From: Octopus vulgaris
Taxonomy: Eukaryota
NCBI GenBank assembly: GCA_951406725.2
Contig: OX597818.1
Span: forward strand, 8,432,001-8,496,000
Length of the DNA: 64,000 nucleotides
Reading direction: 5' to 3'
In this document: in pieces, positions 24,400 to 38,399 of the stretch
Layout: each line of letters starts with the position of its first letter
How positions within the stretch are numbered: position 1 is the stretch's first letter
Made by a program: the position numbers and the translations under genes
Notes under the pieces: generated by a model
What the model saw: only the letters and a program-made list of their open reading frames with translations
The model's database searches: none
Told to the model about the DNA's origin: nothing

Positions 24400-26638
24400 T
24401 ATATATACATATATACTTTTTGGGGACAGAAGTTTCTACAGGTGCTTTTTGACGATCTACACATCCACACCTTGTAAACGCCTTAGGTCATCTGGAACGA
24501 TGTTGAGCAATTGTGGTCCCCTGAAACCCAAGCTTTTGTAGTGCTGGGTTCTTATTCGAGATGGGGAAAACGGGTTCTTTGGTATTATGCGGTGACCTTT
24601 CAGATCGGTGGATGGAATAGCTTTAAACTTCCTAACTTGTGATCCACACTTTCCAGAATCTTCCATATGTATATATCTGCATATCATTCTCGCCTAGTTG
24701 TTAGTGCTTTAGATCTTTTAGCCTCTCGTTGTAGCTCATCAGTTTCACAGAATCAGTCATTTTTGTGAAATGGCGTTAAATTGCCTTACGATCCGCGACA
24801 AGTTTGATACTCTACTTTGACCACAGTTGTGATCAGTAATTCAGAAAACTGAGAACATTACATTTCCATACGAGTAGCCAGCTCTCCATATTTCTGATTC
24901 TGAATGTTCTAAGGATCAACCCATCTACTCGCCTGCCCAACGCTTGCATCATGGTAATAGGCACATGTGGATTCCCAGGTCACACACCAATTCTATCAGT
25001 TTGGGGACTGATAGTGCATTGCTTGAAACTTCTCAGCATAGAACTACAAGTTATTTTGTCAGCTCATGTGTATATTGCACGCAGGTCGTTTCGTAGATTT
25101 AGTGTGTTGTCAGGATATTTGACGACATAATGGTGAGAGTGATTGACTCTACGGCAGAGGGAATATCTAAGAGAATCACCGCAAACAGCAGTGCTCCCAA
25201 TACAGTTCGTTGAGTGACTCCGCTGCTGACTGATGTTTCTCCAATATTTGCTGCGACTGTCTGACTTTTGTCATTTAAAAAATGCATGTATCTACTCTCC
25301 TAGTTTTCCAACGATACCAAGTTCATGTAATTTGTGGCATATCATTCCATGGTCAACTTTATGAAATGCCTTCGTAAAGTCAATATGTATCTCATCCACA
25401 TCTGTGTGGTTTGACTGTTGTTTCAGTATCCAGTTGTTACGTTGTACAAGCTGTGTAAGACACTTCCTCCACAGGTGGAAACTATGTTACGTGTTTATGA
25501 GCAAGTTATTCTCTTCTTAGGACGTGATCGATCTCCTTCCGACAATGAGTTCCATTACCTTGCTAGCATGTGCAGTCACAGAAATAGGCCTGTAATTTTT
25601 AGCCTCTGCTCTGCTTCCTCCTTTATGGACAGGATATGTGATACCTTCTTTTAACCTTTTGGGAAGTTTGCCATATAAAAATAAACACTGAAAATCTGTC
25701 CGTACTGATATTGCGAGAGCTTTTTTGCATGTACTCAGAGGAACAGCGCGAAATCCATCTGGGCCCCGTTGCTGAGTTTTGAGTTCATCTCATCATTGGC
25801 CGGTATTACGTCTTCCTCTTTTATATCGACGTAGTCAATTGTTGCCTCTTTACCGTATAGTTGTGCAGAGTTGAAAAACTCTTTATACTCGCTTATTGGC
25901 ATGTTTCTCAGCTGAGAGATGAAGACAATCTGGAATTGTTTATTTTGCACTTCACTTAACTTCTTGGTGTTAGCTTCTTCAAACTGTGGCCCTATCTTGT
26001 AGGGCACCGAGGCAGACTTTTTCGAAAACTTGTAGAAGGTTTTGGGGATTTATTTTCATAATTTCAACAACATTAATTTCTCTTTCTACCCTTTCTTTTT
26101 CATGGGAGTGTTTGAGTTTATTGTCGTCATCTAGAATCGCCTTTTTGAGGGGGGACATTTTGCATTTTTATTCTCTGTCTCATAAGGACTCTCCAGTCTC
26201 AAGGAAAACTGTTTTAGTAGTGGTTCTCTTCTCTAGGACAAATCTAAAGCATATGGCTTACATTATTGGCCTGAATTCTTGAGGTTCCACATCAATGTCT
26301 AGCGTAGAGACGCTTTTAAGTCACTTTTGCTGGCTAATCTGTTGTTCAATCGACTTCCAGTCAGCTTTGTAGACGTTCGGGCAGCATAAATTGTACGTGT
26401 CATCCATGTGAAATACCTCATTAATTGGTTTTGAATCATACCTTGTCAGTTCTATCGTGCTGTGGTCTGAGAAGATTTTAGGTTATACCGTCACATTGTG
26501 GATAAAATCTACGCTGGAGCAACAGAGATCTAATATATTATCATTCCTGGTTCTGGAGATTATTGTTTGATTCGTGAAAAAAATATTTTCCAGATATCAA
26601 GTATAGGTTCTGCCTGAATGCGCTCGTTTCCTTTGTGT

Positions 26639-26640
<2 letters not shown>
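24400..26640 (-). mobile_element. Degenerate CR1-group LINE (EN-RT remnant)
   Basis: SGVTQRTVLGALLF (GVPQG-like), DFTKAFHKVDHG, C-terminal RGPQLLNIVP similar to the 29748-33210 element. Confidence 0.8.
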
Positions 26641-26697
<57 letters not shown>

Positions 26698-26904
26698 AAA
26701 AAGGAACATGTCCTACCTATTTGAAGATTATGGTAATATTGACAATAGATTTCATTTAATATTTTTTTCAATTTAATTCTTTTTCTTTTTAATTAATATC
26801 CACCTTTGTTTTACTCTTAGTTGAAAAAGTCATATAGAGACCGGTACAAGCCGTTACAAAATCAATTTTATAATAAAACTATTTTAGCATTTTCCACCTT
26901 GTCT

Positions 26905-28460
26905 TATTTTGTCTGTCTGGTCCCTATGCATTCTGAAACGGCTCGACCAAATGAAATCAAATTTTACAAGGTAAAAGATCAGACCACGTGAGTGTCAACA
27001 TGCATTTTTTATCCTTTTAGATTAAAACAATACAACATTGACACTAGTTCGGTATTCAGTGTCAAAAGCGAAAGAAAAACATCTATATTGTAATGTGATA
27101 TAATATTGTTTCACTTTTATTCTTTCACCTTTAATGCTAATGTGATAAGCCTATAATATTGTTTCACTTTTAATCCTTAACATAATATTCTTTCGCTTTT
27201 ATTCTCTACTATTTTTTTCTAATGTGTTAACACTAAGATCATCTTATTTCTATTATATTTCAAATAAATGAATAATTTATATCCTAATGTGAGCAACATT
27301 ACGCATTGTCAACTTTCCGTCTCTACAGCCACGACAGCGGAATGGTGTGTCAGTGTATGTATGTGTGATGACTGACATAATGGCTGGAGGTGAAACTCTT
27401 GGGAAATAATAATGTGGTAGCAGGTACAAGGTATATAAAAATAAACATTTGCCTTTCAATTACCAGTTAATAATTATGTCAGCAGTAGCAAGGTATTTAC
27501 AGTCACATATTTACCCTTAAATCAACATTTAATACATGCACTTAATATAAACGCATTAAGAAATACATCTAGAAATGTCAGTGTATGCTTGTTGACTGAC
27601 ATAACGAACGGCTGGACGTGAAACTCTGGACAAAGAACAATGAGGTTGTAGGTCCAAGGTATTTAAAAATGCACATTTACCGCTCAATTACCAGATGATA
27701 ATTATCGCAGCAGTTGCAAGGTTGCAAGCTATTTGCAATTACATATTTATCCTTAAATTCACATTTAATACATGTGCTTAATATATACATTAACAATTAC
27801 ATTTACCGTTAAATTACCAGTTCATATATGTGCATCTATTTGCTTAATTTGCTTAAATTTTGTTAATTTATATAAAAATGAGGACATACTACATGCAAAA
27901 AACTACATACCAAAATAGAGATTAATGCATAATTTTTACCTATGTTCATAATTTTGTATTTAATATAGAAAAAATATGCCAGCAAAGAAAAGACGTAATT
28001 TTCCAGAAACAAGTATAAAGCAAGGAGGATTGTAGAAAACCTAAGGCGAGAGTCTCAGGATAGAAGGGAGATGACACTTTCTGAATATCCGCAAGCGCAA
28101 TTGGTTCTCAAGACAGAAGTCAAATGAGACTTTCTCAAGATCAGCAAGGGCATACTGCAGGATCTTCTGGAAGGCACTTCTATTCAGTCAAAGCATTTCT
28201 GAACAATATCAGACAATACAGTCTGCATTTCAAATGACGTCTTTTGGTGCATCTCAGAAGATAGTTGAATATGGATTTATGCCGACGTTTAAAGATCAAG
28301 GGCACGTCATTCCACCCATTGCTTCCCTATTACCCACAAACGAATGACCAGATTTCCTTCAAATTTACTTTATGAGTGATGTAGGTCAACAAACGTGCAG
28401 GAGGGATTAAAAGTTCAGACGATAAGTCGTGTTAGATGCAGCGCCGAACATCACAGAGGA
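26905..28460 (+). mobile_element. Helitron 5' fragment with decayed RepHel N-terminus
   Basis: tgtctgtc subterminal tract; ATG 27976 MPAKKRR; frameshifted SKHFLNNIRQY, AFQMTSFGA, GFMPTFK.QG, FLQIYF; ~230-bp diverged tandem repeat at 27348-27785. Confidence 0.75.
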
Positions 28461-28507
28461 GAGTGTTTATATAAACGTATGTATATATAAGTATTTATAT
28501 ATGTATA

Positions 28508-28544
<37 letters not shown>

Positions 28545-28591
28545 GTATATAAATAAATATATATATATATGTATGTAGATATGTGTATATA

Positions 28592-28659
<68 letters not shown>

Positions 28660-29747
28660 GATATGTGCAAATATGGAGATATATATATATATTTCTAATT
28701 ATTTTTTCCGTAACCAATGAAGGTATAAATTTATAAACTTTGATTTAAAGTGGCTATTTTCTTTTTATAAACACAGTAAATTTGTGCTATTCACTCATGA
28801 ATTACAAACAATAATGTTTATATTATTACGCATAAATAAATTACAATATCTCTTAAATATAATTATATATCTTTTTGAATAATTATGCATATCTGAATAT
28901 TTCTCGTAGACCCTACAATATTTAGCATATATCATCCTCCTATTTTCTTTCGAACTTGTATGCGCATAAATATTATTGAAATATAAAGCTATTGGCTTAC
29001 TCTGTAAATGTAAGTCAAATTCTGATAATTTATTTATTTTATATTATCATTTTTATGTAAGAAATAGTAATTTTATAATAATAATTTGTTTAATATCGGC
29101 GTATTCAGAAAAAAACTTTTTGAATTATGGAATTGTTGATTAAAATTTTTTTATGTGTTTCCTGTCTGAATAGAATATATCCTTATTTACTTTTTCTTAA
29201 TAGTATATAGAAATTTTTAAAAATATATTTCCTACTCCACTATAAGTTCTTAACATATTTAGATTTTATATAAGAAAAATGGGCAGTGATTGTTTTGGAC
29301 TAAAATATCTTTAGATTAATATTATTAAAATTGTGTGAGAATATTCTATGACCGTTGTAATTGTTTTGCTTATTTAATTCATTTTATCTATTTGAATTTT
29401 GGTTTTCTTTTTATTTGTATCATATTCTTAAATTATTAATGCTCACGCTTGTAAACTTAGATATATTTTAAATATGTCTATTTTATGATTCGGCAGTCCT
29501 CGCATGAAACTTTTTTCTATATTTTAGACAAATATTAACCTGGCGGCATTCAGATGCATAAATATAGCACTGAACCATACTGTTGGGAAGCAAGCTTCTT
29601 ACCACACAGCAACACTTGCGCCTGAAAAATACGGAATGCTTCACACATTTGTGTTTTTCTTGCTCAGAGGCTGTGATAGTCTTCTCTGTATAATTCCAAT
29701 TTTAGTATATGTATTGCAGAAGCAATATATATTCTAGATATATTATA

Positions 29748-30465
29748 TCAGAACCCACTATCACAAAATCAACAATCTGCTTCTGACACTACTGCTACTA
29801 CAGCCAGAATAGAAAAACCACTACTACAACCACATAAAACCTCCTGCCGTTACTATTCTAAAGGCAACTGTAGATTTGGCCCCAGCGGCACGAACAACAA
29901 TGGACGCTGTGCTTTTTCCCATCCTACCTTATGTCGTAGACTTGTTAAGGGCCCCTGTCCGTATGGTATAACAGGAAAAAACTGTCCCCACCTCTACCCC
30001 AAATACTGTCCTAAATACAGAATCCATGGTTCTGATCCTAAATACGGATGCACAAAAGGCAATGGATGCACCTTATTCCATCCTAAACTGTGCCAAACTT
30101 CTGGGTCACAAAGAATGTGCCTGAACCCAGAATGCAACCACCACCATCCGAAGGGCACAAAACGATCACGGAATAAATATAAACAGGATCAGAGGAAATC
30201 TGGGACAACAGCAAGAACAAAATACAACCACGTTTCCCCTCCTACAATCAAACAACGTAGACAGAACCATGAAAAAGCACGAAGTAACACCAACATGAAA
30301 TATGTATCCTCTGACCAAGTGGCAAACCAAACAAGTAACTCTTTTTTACTGACATACCTAGAAAATATGAAGGCCGACCGAAGCCAGGAGATCCAGCGAG
30401 CTATCACCAACCACCTATGCAAATCACAAGGACCACTCACTCATTACCAACTTCCCTTACCTTGA
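29748..30465 (+). pseudogene. LINE ORF1 C-terminal part with four tandem CCCH-type zinc fingers
   Basis: Open frame: CRYYSKGNCRFG...CAFSHP, CRRLVKGPCPYG...CPHLYP, CPKY...CTKGNGCTLFHP, CQTSGSQRMCLNPECNHHHP. Confidence 0.75.
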
Positions 30466-33210
30466 CATTCCTGTGCAAAGTCAAGTGACATTCCTGTGCA
30501 AAGTCAAGTCCTTCCTTTGGAAGTACCACTCCGGAAACATACTGGTGATGGGTGATTTTAACCTCCCCCATGTGAACTGGCCCACAAATACTCTGAAGTT
30601 AGGCAAGTGCTCCACATCAGATAGAGCAGCAGCAGAACTGCTCTTTAATCTGATGGATGAGTACTTCCTGACTCAGCTAGTGCTCGAACCAACGAGGCAG
30701 AATAAAACGATCTTGGATCTGGTATTGACCAATCACTCTAGCTACGTTCACAGTATTTCTGTCGAAAAAACTCTCCTCTCAGACCACGACATGGTACCCT
30801 GCAATTTTAATTCCCGACATATAAAAACCAAACCAGTCAATCCCACTCCATGGTACCCATTTGACAACATAAACTTCCACAAAGCGGACTGGGGAGCAAT
30901 CAGAAAGGATCTGTCTTCCATCGACTGGTCTTTTACTCTCAGTTCCTCTCATGTTGAGACCGCGTGGCAGCACTTTGAAAACATTGTCACCTATACATGC
31001 TCTACACACGCTCCCACGAAATCTACTAACACAAACAGAAACCGGCTCCCTAAAAAGAAAAAAAAAACACTCATCAGGCGCATCAAAGGACTCAACAAAA
31101 AAATCAACCAATTAAAATATTCCCACACACAACATCCACATTTAACAACAATGAAAAGACTAGAGCTGGAAAAACTTCAACTGCAGACCAACATGAAAAC
31201 CTCCATTGAAAATCAAAGAGCTGTGGAGGAACAGTGGGTAAGCAAAAACGTCAAACAGAACCCAAAAGTGTTCTATTCTTATGCAAATAAGCATAGAACC
31301 ACTGTCTCACCCATTGGGACATTGATTGATGATAACGGCATTCGCCAACACGATGCTAAAGAAATGGCAGAAATACTGCAGAAATACTGCAGAAACAATA
31401 CTGCTCTGTCTTTAGTGTTCCCTCTGATATTGACGTAAGAGAAACGAACGAAATTGACTACCAACGTAAAATCTCAGACATAACCTTCACTGCTACTGAC
31501 ATCGTAGCAGCAATAAATGAGGTCAAATACTACTCTGCTGTAGGGCCTGATAGATTCCCCGCTAGTCTCCTGAAGGAAGGTATACACCAACTTGCAGTCC
31601 CTCTGACCAACCTCTGGAGAAATTCGTTAGACGCAGGTTATATACCGAAACAGTTTCTATCCCAGTCGATCATCCCGGTTTTCAAACAGGCAAACAGATC
31701 CCTCGCAGTCAACTATCGTCCAATCTCACTCACCTCCCACATCATTAAAGTGTTTGAAAGAGTGTTAAGATCAAGCATAGCTGACTTCCTGGAGACCCAC
31801 AAACTCCTAAATGCAAACCAGCATGGCTTTCGCTATGGTAGGGACTGTCTAACACAGCTGTTACACCACATTGAAGATGTACTCAAAGCCTTGGGAACAG
31901 GTTCGAACTCTGACGTCATATATCTTGACTTCAATAAAGCGTTCGACAGGGTAGACCATAATATCCTACTCTCAAAATTGGCAAATGTTGGAATCCGTGG
32001 AAAAGTTCTGCACTGGATTAAGCATTTCCTGGCGAATAGAACACAACATGTTGTAGTTGATGGAGTCCACTCAAGCCCAGCAAAAGTCACCAGCGGTGTT
32101 CCCCAGGGGACTGTTTTGGGTACGCTACTCTTCATAATTTACATAAACGACCTTTCCAGTGTCGTACATTACTGCAAAGTGAAAATATTTGCTCCAGCAA
32201 ATCGTCAATGAAGAAGCAGACCGAAATCAACTCCAGTCTGATCTATATGCTATGAGTCAATGGGCAGACAGAAATAAAATGCAACTGAATGAAGGAAAAT
32301 TTGAGCTGATGCATTTTGGTAGAAATTCCTCACTAAAACAACCATACTCTCTTCCTTCAGGGGACCCGCTCACAGCCTCTAACAATATCAGAGACCTGGG
32401 TGTAATTGTTGATGACGATCTCAGTTGGAGTGCACACATCAACAAGAAGGTCGATATAGCTGGTAGGATGAGTTCCTGGATCTTAAGAACTTTCCGGTCC
32501 AGAGAACAAGGTGTCATCATACCACTTTTCTCCTCCTTTGTACGACCACACCTTGAATACTGCTGCCCACTGTGGTCTCCCCATACAAGACAAAACATCT
32601 CCAGGATTGAGTCACCCCAGAGGGCACTCACTAAACGAATTGAAGGCATGGCTGCTCTCGATTATTGGGATCGCCTTTAAAGCCTTGAAACTTTACTCCC
32701 TCTAGCGTCGCCGTGAGCGGTACATCATTTGTACGATGTGGAGAATATACCGCCAACTTTGCTCAAACGACCTTAACATTAGCTTCAAGGTTCATCCAAG
32801 ACTGGGACTTCGGGCCATACGTCCCCTGCCCAATTCAAGATCACAACCTACATGTACACTGCAACATAATTTCTTTTCCTCAACAGGCCCTGCCCTATTT
32901 AACATTGTCCCGAGGGAGATCAAAGAGGAAAAGGATCCCATCAACTTTAAACGGAGTCTGGATAGATTCTTACAAAGAATACCAGATAAGCCACCCATAA
33001 TTGGATACAACTCACCCAACAAGAAATCAATACTTGAACAAAACTTGATACAACTCACCCAACAAGAACTCAGTACTTGAACAAAACTTGACTTAAACAG
33101 AACGTGACTTAAACAGGATTCGAATAATCCTATCAGGTGGTGCTATTAAGTTAGACATGGCCTGAACCAATCTTTGGTCGAAACATATCTAAGTTATCTA
33201 AGTTATATAA
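29748..33210 (+). mobile_element. CR1-group LINE, 5'-truncated and inactivated: CCCH-finger ORF1, EN, RT, 3' UTR
   Basis: EN motifs GDFN, LDLVLTN, SDH; RT motifs NYRPISLTS, NQHGFR, LDFNKAFDRVDH, GVPQG; catalytic DD deleted near 32190; tail (tatctaagt)x2; 23-bp tandem duplication at the ORF1/EN deletion (~30463-30509). Confidence 0.9.
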
Positions 33211-34737
33211 ATATACATATATGTGTGTGTATATTTGTTTGCGTGTGTATGTGTGTGCGTGGTTGTGTGTGTAGCAGTGTGTGTGTATGTGCATGTTAGT
33301 ATCGAACAAAGACAACGAGTGCTTACTAAGGCATTCATTGAAAAGTATTCTTTATTTCCGAGTTAACCAGACTGTCATTGATTCTTATCTGCATTATAAC
33401 GCATGCTGTCTGTCTTATAGCTCAACTTTGTTTCTCAGCAAGCAGTATCGATATTCAGTGTTTGTTCGAAGTGATGTTAAACACGTGACACATTGTTTTC
33501 TTATACATAGAGTCTATCTATATCAATGGTAATCTGAAATATTTTAGTATTGGTAATAATTGTTGGGTTGTAAGAAGAGATTGGATAACATGAAACTCCC
33601 CGCAATCGTGTAACAGAAAAGTATAGATGTGTATATGTGATGAAGCAAGATTTCTTGCAAGAGCTTGAGAAATTTATCTTTCGATAGGAGCAAAAATTCT
33701 TCGGCTTTAAACCTTTGAGGATGAAAAGGGAAATTGTGTTTCATTAAGTGCAAGCTAGAAAAAGTATGAATGAATAGCATGGAAAGAGTTGAAAAAAATT
33801 GAAGGTCGAGTTTAGTTTTACTTCACATCCATATCCTCCCAACTTCAAATAGAAAAGACAAATGCTATAAAAATATACTGAATGCGCAAGAAATTGGTTG
33901 ATCAAGCATAGGAGAACACTGTTCATAAATTTTCTCATTTAATTTTGTCCTGGAAACCATAAAAATAAATGCTATAAATATGATTCATGCCGTAAATAAT
34001 TCTTTATTCATAATTTACATTTTCATAATAAGAAAATATGACGCCACTGAATGATACTACCTTATTAATCTTGCAATGAAATCTATTGAAACACAAATAT
34101 AAACAGCGGAATTTCATAACGATCAAGTAACGGAGATTATTTTTTAATGGAAATCCCATCATATCCTGTGCATTTATAATGCACTAAACATTCATTGGTT
34201 AATAATCAGTATATATGCAGTTATGTCTAGAATACTACAACGTGTAGGATATATTTGGTGAATGGTTGAATTACTAGACTGTATTTCCTGATCTATCAGT
34301 AGTTTATATGTAATATTCACCATAGTCTACTTAATCAATAGAATATCATTTTCGAATACTTTACTGAAATTTGAGTATATAGCTGGCATTTCAGATGATC
34401 GTATTTCGATACTTTGTGTATATAATGTAACTGGAGTTTATAATACTTAATGTTTGTTGTCAACATCTCTAAGATGCTGTGCAGAAAGACTAAATAAATC
34501 TCCACATTAATAATTCACTCATAGAGGATATTCTGCCTTATATATTTTCCTTACACGTCTAATATTGATTCATACTGGATATCAACAATCATATGACTAA
34601 TTTGATTATGAGAGCAGGTGTTGTTCGTTTAATGTCAAATCAGCTTTTATTGATTAGATCTAGAATAAAAAGCATTAGATTCGTGACCATTCCATTAATT
34701 TATCCAGATTGAATGCATGTTAGACTACTATGCAAAA

Positions 34738-35116
34738 CATTATTTCGTTATTTACAATTGACAGACATTTGTCCTCATTTTGCTTGTTGTTAACTTAACG
34801 TTTCCGCTGATATACCCTCCAGCCTTCATCAGGTGTCTTGGGGAAGTATCAAACCCGGGTTCTCATTCCTAAGGTATTTTTCGATATTTTGTTGTTGTTG
34901 TTATTATTATTATTATTATTATTGTTAGTAGTAGTAGTAGTAATAGTAGTAGTACTAGTAGTAGTATTTGTAGTAGTATTATTAGTAGTAGTAGCAGCTG
35001 TAGTAGTAGTAGCCCACGCTCTTAACCAGTACGCCATATGCCCGTGGGCATATGACGTTGTAGTTAAGAGCGCGTGCTGCTAACCCTAAGATTCTTAGTT
35101 CGATTCTAGTCAATGA

Positions 35117-35200
<84 letters not shown>

Positions 35201-35228
35201 CAACAACAACAGCAACAACAACAACAAC

Positions 35229-35290
<62 letters not shown>

Positions 35291-35447
35291 CAACAACAAC
35301 ATCGAAAAATACCTTAAGAATCAGATCTCAGTTTCGAAATTTCCCCAAGACACTGAAAAGGCTGGAGAGTATACCAGCGGAAATGTTGTCAACAACAAAC
35401 AAGATGACGACAAATATCCAGCAAATGTAAATAATGTAAATAATGTA
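34738..35447. mobile_element. Head-to-head pair of a composite element: tRNA-like head + trinucleotide microsatellite + HHR-bearing tail
   Basis: Symmetry axis at 35044-35045; 34738-34885 is the reverse complement of ~35300-35447; HHR-like cores at 34792-34837(-) and 35349-35390(+). Confidence 0.8.
35046..35120 (+). ncRNA. tRNA-like Pol III head (SINE), not a functional tRNA
   Basis: A-box-like tgacgttgtagttaag (tggcgtactggttaag in the inverted copy), B-box-like agttcgattct. Confidence 0.65.
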
Positions 35448-35489
35448 CATAATTCCTCATGTCTTAAATATAGAAGTGTAAAATCCATT

Positions 35490-38017
35490 AATGCCCATTA
35501 GACAATTGCAAGCCACTGAGTAGGTTTACGAGTCTTTTTCATCCCCTTCTGTTTAATATCCCCACAAAGTCCTTCCGTGCGTCCAAAATCACATTCCACT
35601 AAACTGAAAGACGTTCCCAGGAGTGTTTCTAGACGCCTGCAGAATCCAGGTTTTCCAGCTTCTGTTGGAGCATAGACGATTACCAGTCTAAGGGCACCAG
35701 CTCCCTATTATTCACATCTAGGACCATCAATCTCTCACCCGGATCCAAGAAGATTGCTTTTACTCCGACAGACCACATGATGAGAAAATCTCATAGTCAT
35801 CGAAAATGGTTGCCAATACTTTCGCATTAGAAACCTTTGTCTCCCTAATTGCAGCCACAGTCAAATCGAGCGACCTGAGGCCCTTTAGTAAGTGACTTTT
35901 CTTCCAATCCGATTCTAGGTTACGAACATTCACACACCCTCTCTGAAAACGATCATGTTTATCGGAGAAGCAAACTGGAAGATCACTTATCTTGAATTTT
36001 GAGAGGACCGCTGATTCAGCTGTCCCGTCTTACGCCTTATCATTAACGAAGGGCCTTCCTAAAGTCCTCTTATCCAGCTTTAGCCTAATGTCTTTTGGAT
36101 ATTTTTTAAAGTTCTAGCTAAGTGTTTGTATCAGTTTTTATCAGCTGTCTGTCATGGGGAGTGTTCGACAAAACCTATTCGAACCATACTCATTCTGTAT
36201 GAATATTTCTGTTTTCCCTACTTCCAGCATCAGCTCGCTCTTGCCCTTGCGAACAACTGTGTAGTTTATGAGGCATTCGGGTTCCCTAGTAAGTTGTACG
36301 AGTTGTTCTTGTGATTGTTGTTTCTCTTCGTATATTTGTTACTGTTTTGGTGCTTTTTGTGGTTGTGGTTGAATGAGTGTGTATTGCTTTTGTTGTTATT
36401 ATTTAGGTGAGTGTGTCGGTGTTGTTAGTGTAGCTGATGGACTAGGTGAATTTTCCTCATCCTGTTTTTTTCGCTTTCAGCTAAGGATGGCCTTTTTTCT
36501 GAACTATTCTCCCGCTTTTCTCCAACACAAGTCCTTCTTGGGGTCTCAATTCTTCTTCGTCGCAATATATCGCTTCTGAAAGGCATTTTTCGGGCGTTGC
36601 TTGTTTCCACCGCTACAATTGTTGGTGTCATCGTGGTGGTGGGATTTTGCTGTTGTAGACGTTAATTTAGTGGTTGTTGCTGCATTGATTGTTGTTGCAG
36701 TTTTTGGCCTTCTTCTGGCGGTGTTAGTAGTAGTGCCACCGTTTCTCAAGCTTCACTTTGTTGTAGTTGTGGGCAATAGACCTTCAAATTGGTGGTAAAC
36801 CCACAAGTGTAACAATATGGCTTTCTACCTTCCACCACCACTTGGAATTGTGCTCCGCTGGGCAGCTCGATGAGGTCGGCAACTTTGTCCAAGGATTCCG
36901 GTTTTACCAGGATAAAAATATCCAATCCGACTCCTGACCATATCTTTTTAATTTCTAGAAGTGAATCCGAGCCTTCTACCACAACGCACGCAATTAACCA
37001 CCAAATGTTGTTTTTACTTTCACCTCCCACCGTCCAAGTTATGTGTGGAGAAGATCCTTGTGTTAACGCTGGAACATTGGGTGTTCTGGGGCCAGTGCCT
37101 CTACGAGGCACCTCCCTTCCACAGAAGTGTATTGTCTCCCTCTTGTGAGAAAACAGATCTCGATCCAAATGCCCTTCAAGTATTTATCTACTCGTATGTT
37201 TGGCACATTGAAAATTTTCCTCGTCTTAAGCGACACACATCTGTGTACGATGGTCCTTCTCAGCGTCTTCTGCATCAAATCTGAAGGGATAGGAACCTTC
37301 GTTATCTTAATCACTCTTTTTTTTCTGCTTCAGTCCTTCCAAAGAGATTTGCTCCTGCAATGTTGTTACTCTTGCAAAGGTGTTGTTCTTATCATTACTG
37401 TTATTGATTATATCGTTTTTGCCTCTGGTTTTGTTCCTGTCGTTCTTGGTGTTAGTCAGAGCCAAAGCGACGCTATTGTTTGTGCTGATGTTCATATCGT
37501 TGACCGAAGTAGCCAAACTAATTACTAACAGTGGAAATAATTTATATCGTAAGTGTACTGCTTTCTTGTCCCTCCCATGAAATCTTTACTGTTGCTGTTG
37601 TTGTTGTGGCTGCTACAAATGATTTTGTTCTTGTTGTTTGTGATTGGGACGGTCTTCTTTTTTGCCTGCTTGCTTGTCTAGTAGTCACGCCAACAGTTGA
37701 AGAAGTACCACCTTCTCTCATTTGTGTAGCAAGACACTCCAATGTCTCCCCCGTCTTCCTCGAAACTATTTATTGCTGACATTGTGCAAAATTCTAAATT
37801 TTTTCACATTGAAATAAAAAATAATAAATTTGATAAGTCCTCAAGAGACAAGGGGACGTTTAACAAAAAAAAAAAAGAACTCAGCAGACAGAAGGGTCCC
37901 TTATTCTCCACTCTGGTTGAAAATGAGAGGAAAGCACCGCAATTTTCCGAAGAAAACTGATGATTTTGGAAAAAAAATTCGGAGCTGAAGTCAATCGTGA
38001 CATCTTCGGCTGGCAGC
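35490..38017 (-). mobile_element. Tx1/L1-like LINE 5' part: ORF1 with zinc knuckle plus N-terminal APE endonuclease, 3'-truncated
   Basis: ORF1 VEGRKPYCYTCG...CP; EN CVNVRNL...AAIRETK and LVIVYAP; 5' end abuts (ATT)n. Confidence 0.75.
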
Positions 38018-38200
<183 letters not shown>

Positions 38201-38399
38201 AGAGAAATAAATAGAAGAGTGTCATAGTTATCATGTGAAATTAATTGAACGATATTTTGGCATCTAGTGTGCTTTCCACAGGTTGAAAAATTACGTGTCA
38301 GTCTACTTCATTTTTTTTTAAAGATTATATACTACTGAGGTAACTTCTGCAGAAGGTATAGAGATATAACAAGAAGAGTGCCATAGTTATCATGTGAAA

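Noticed and set aside
26815-26850. TTGAAAA AGTC..GACC hammerhead-like remnant
   Set aside because: The GAAA segment is missing; at most a decayed copy.
35046-35120. Possible tRNA-Ser(GCT) gene
   Set aside because: Acceptor and anticodon stems do not pair well, there is no long variable arm, and it sits in a repeat; treated as a SINE head.
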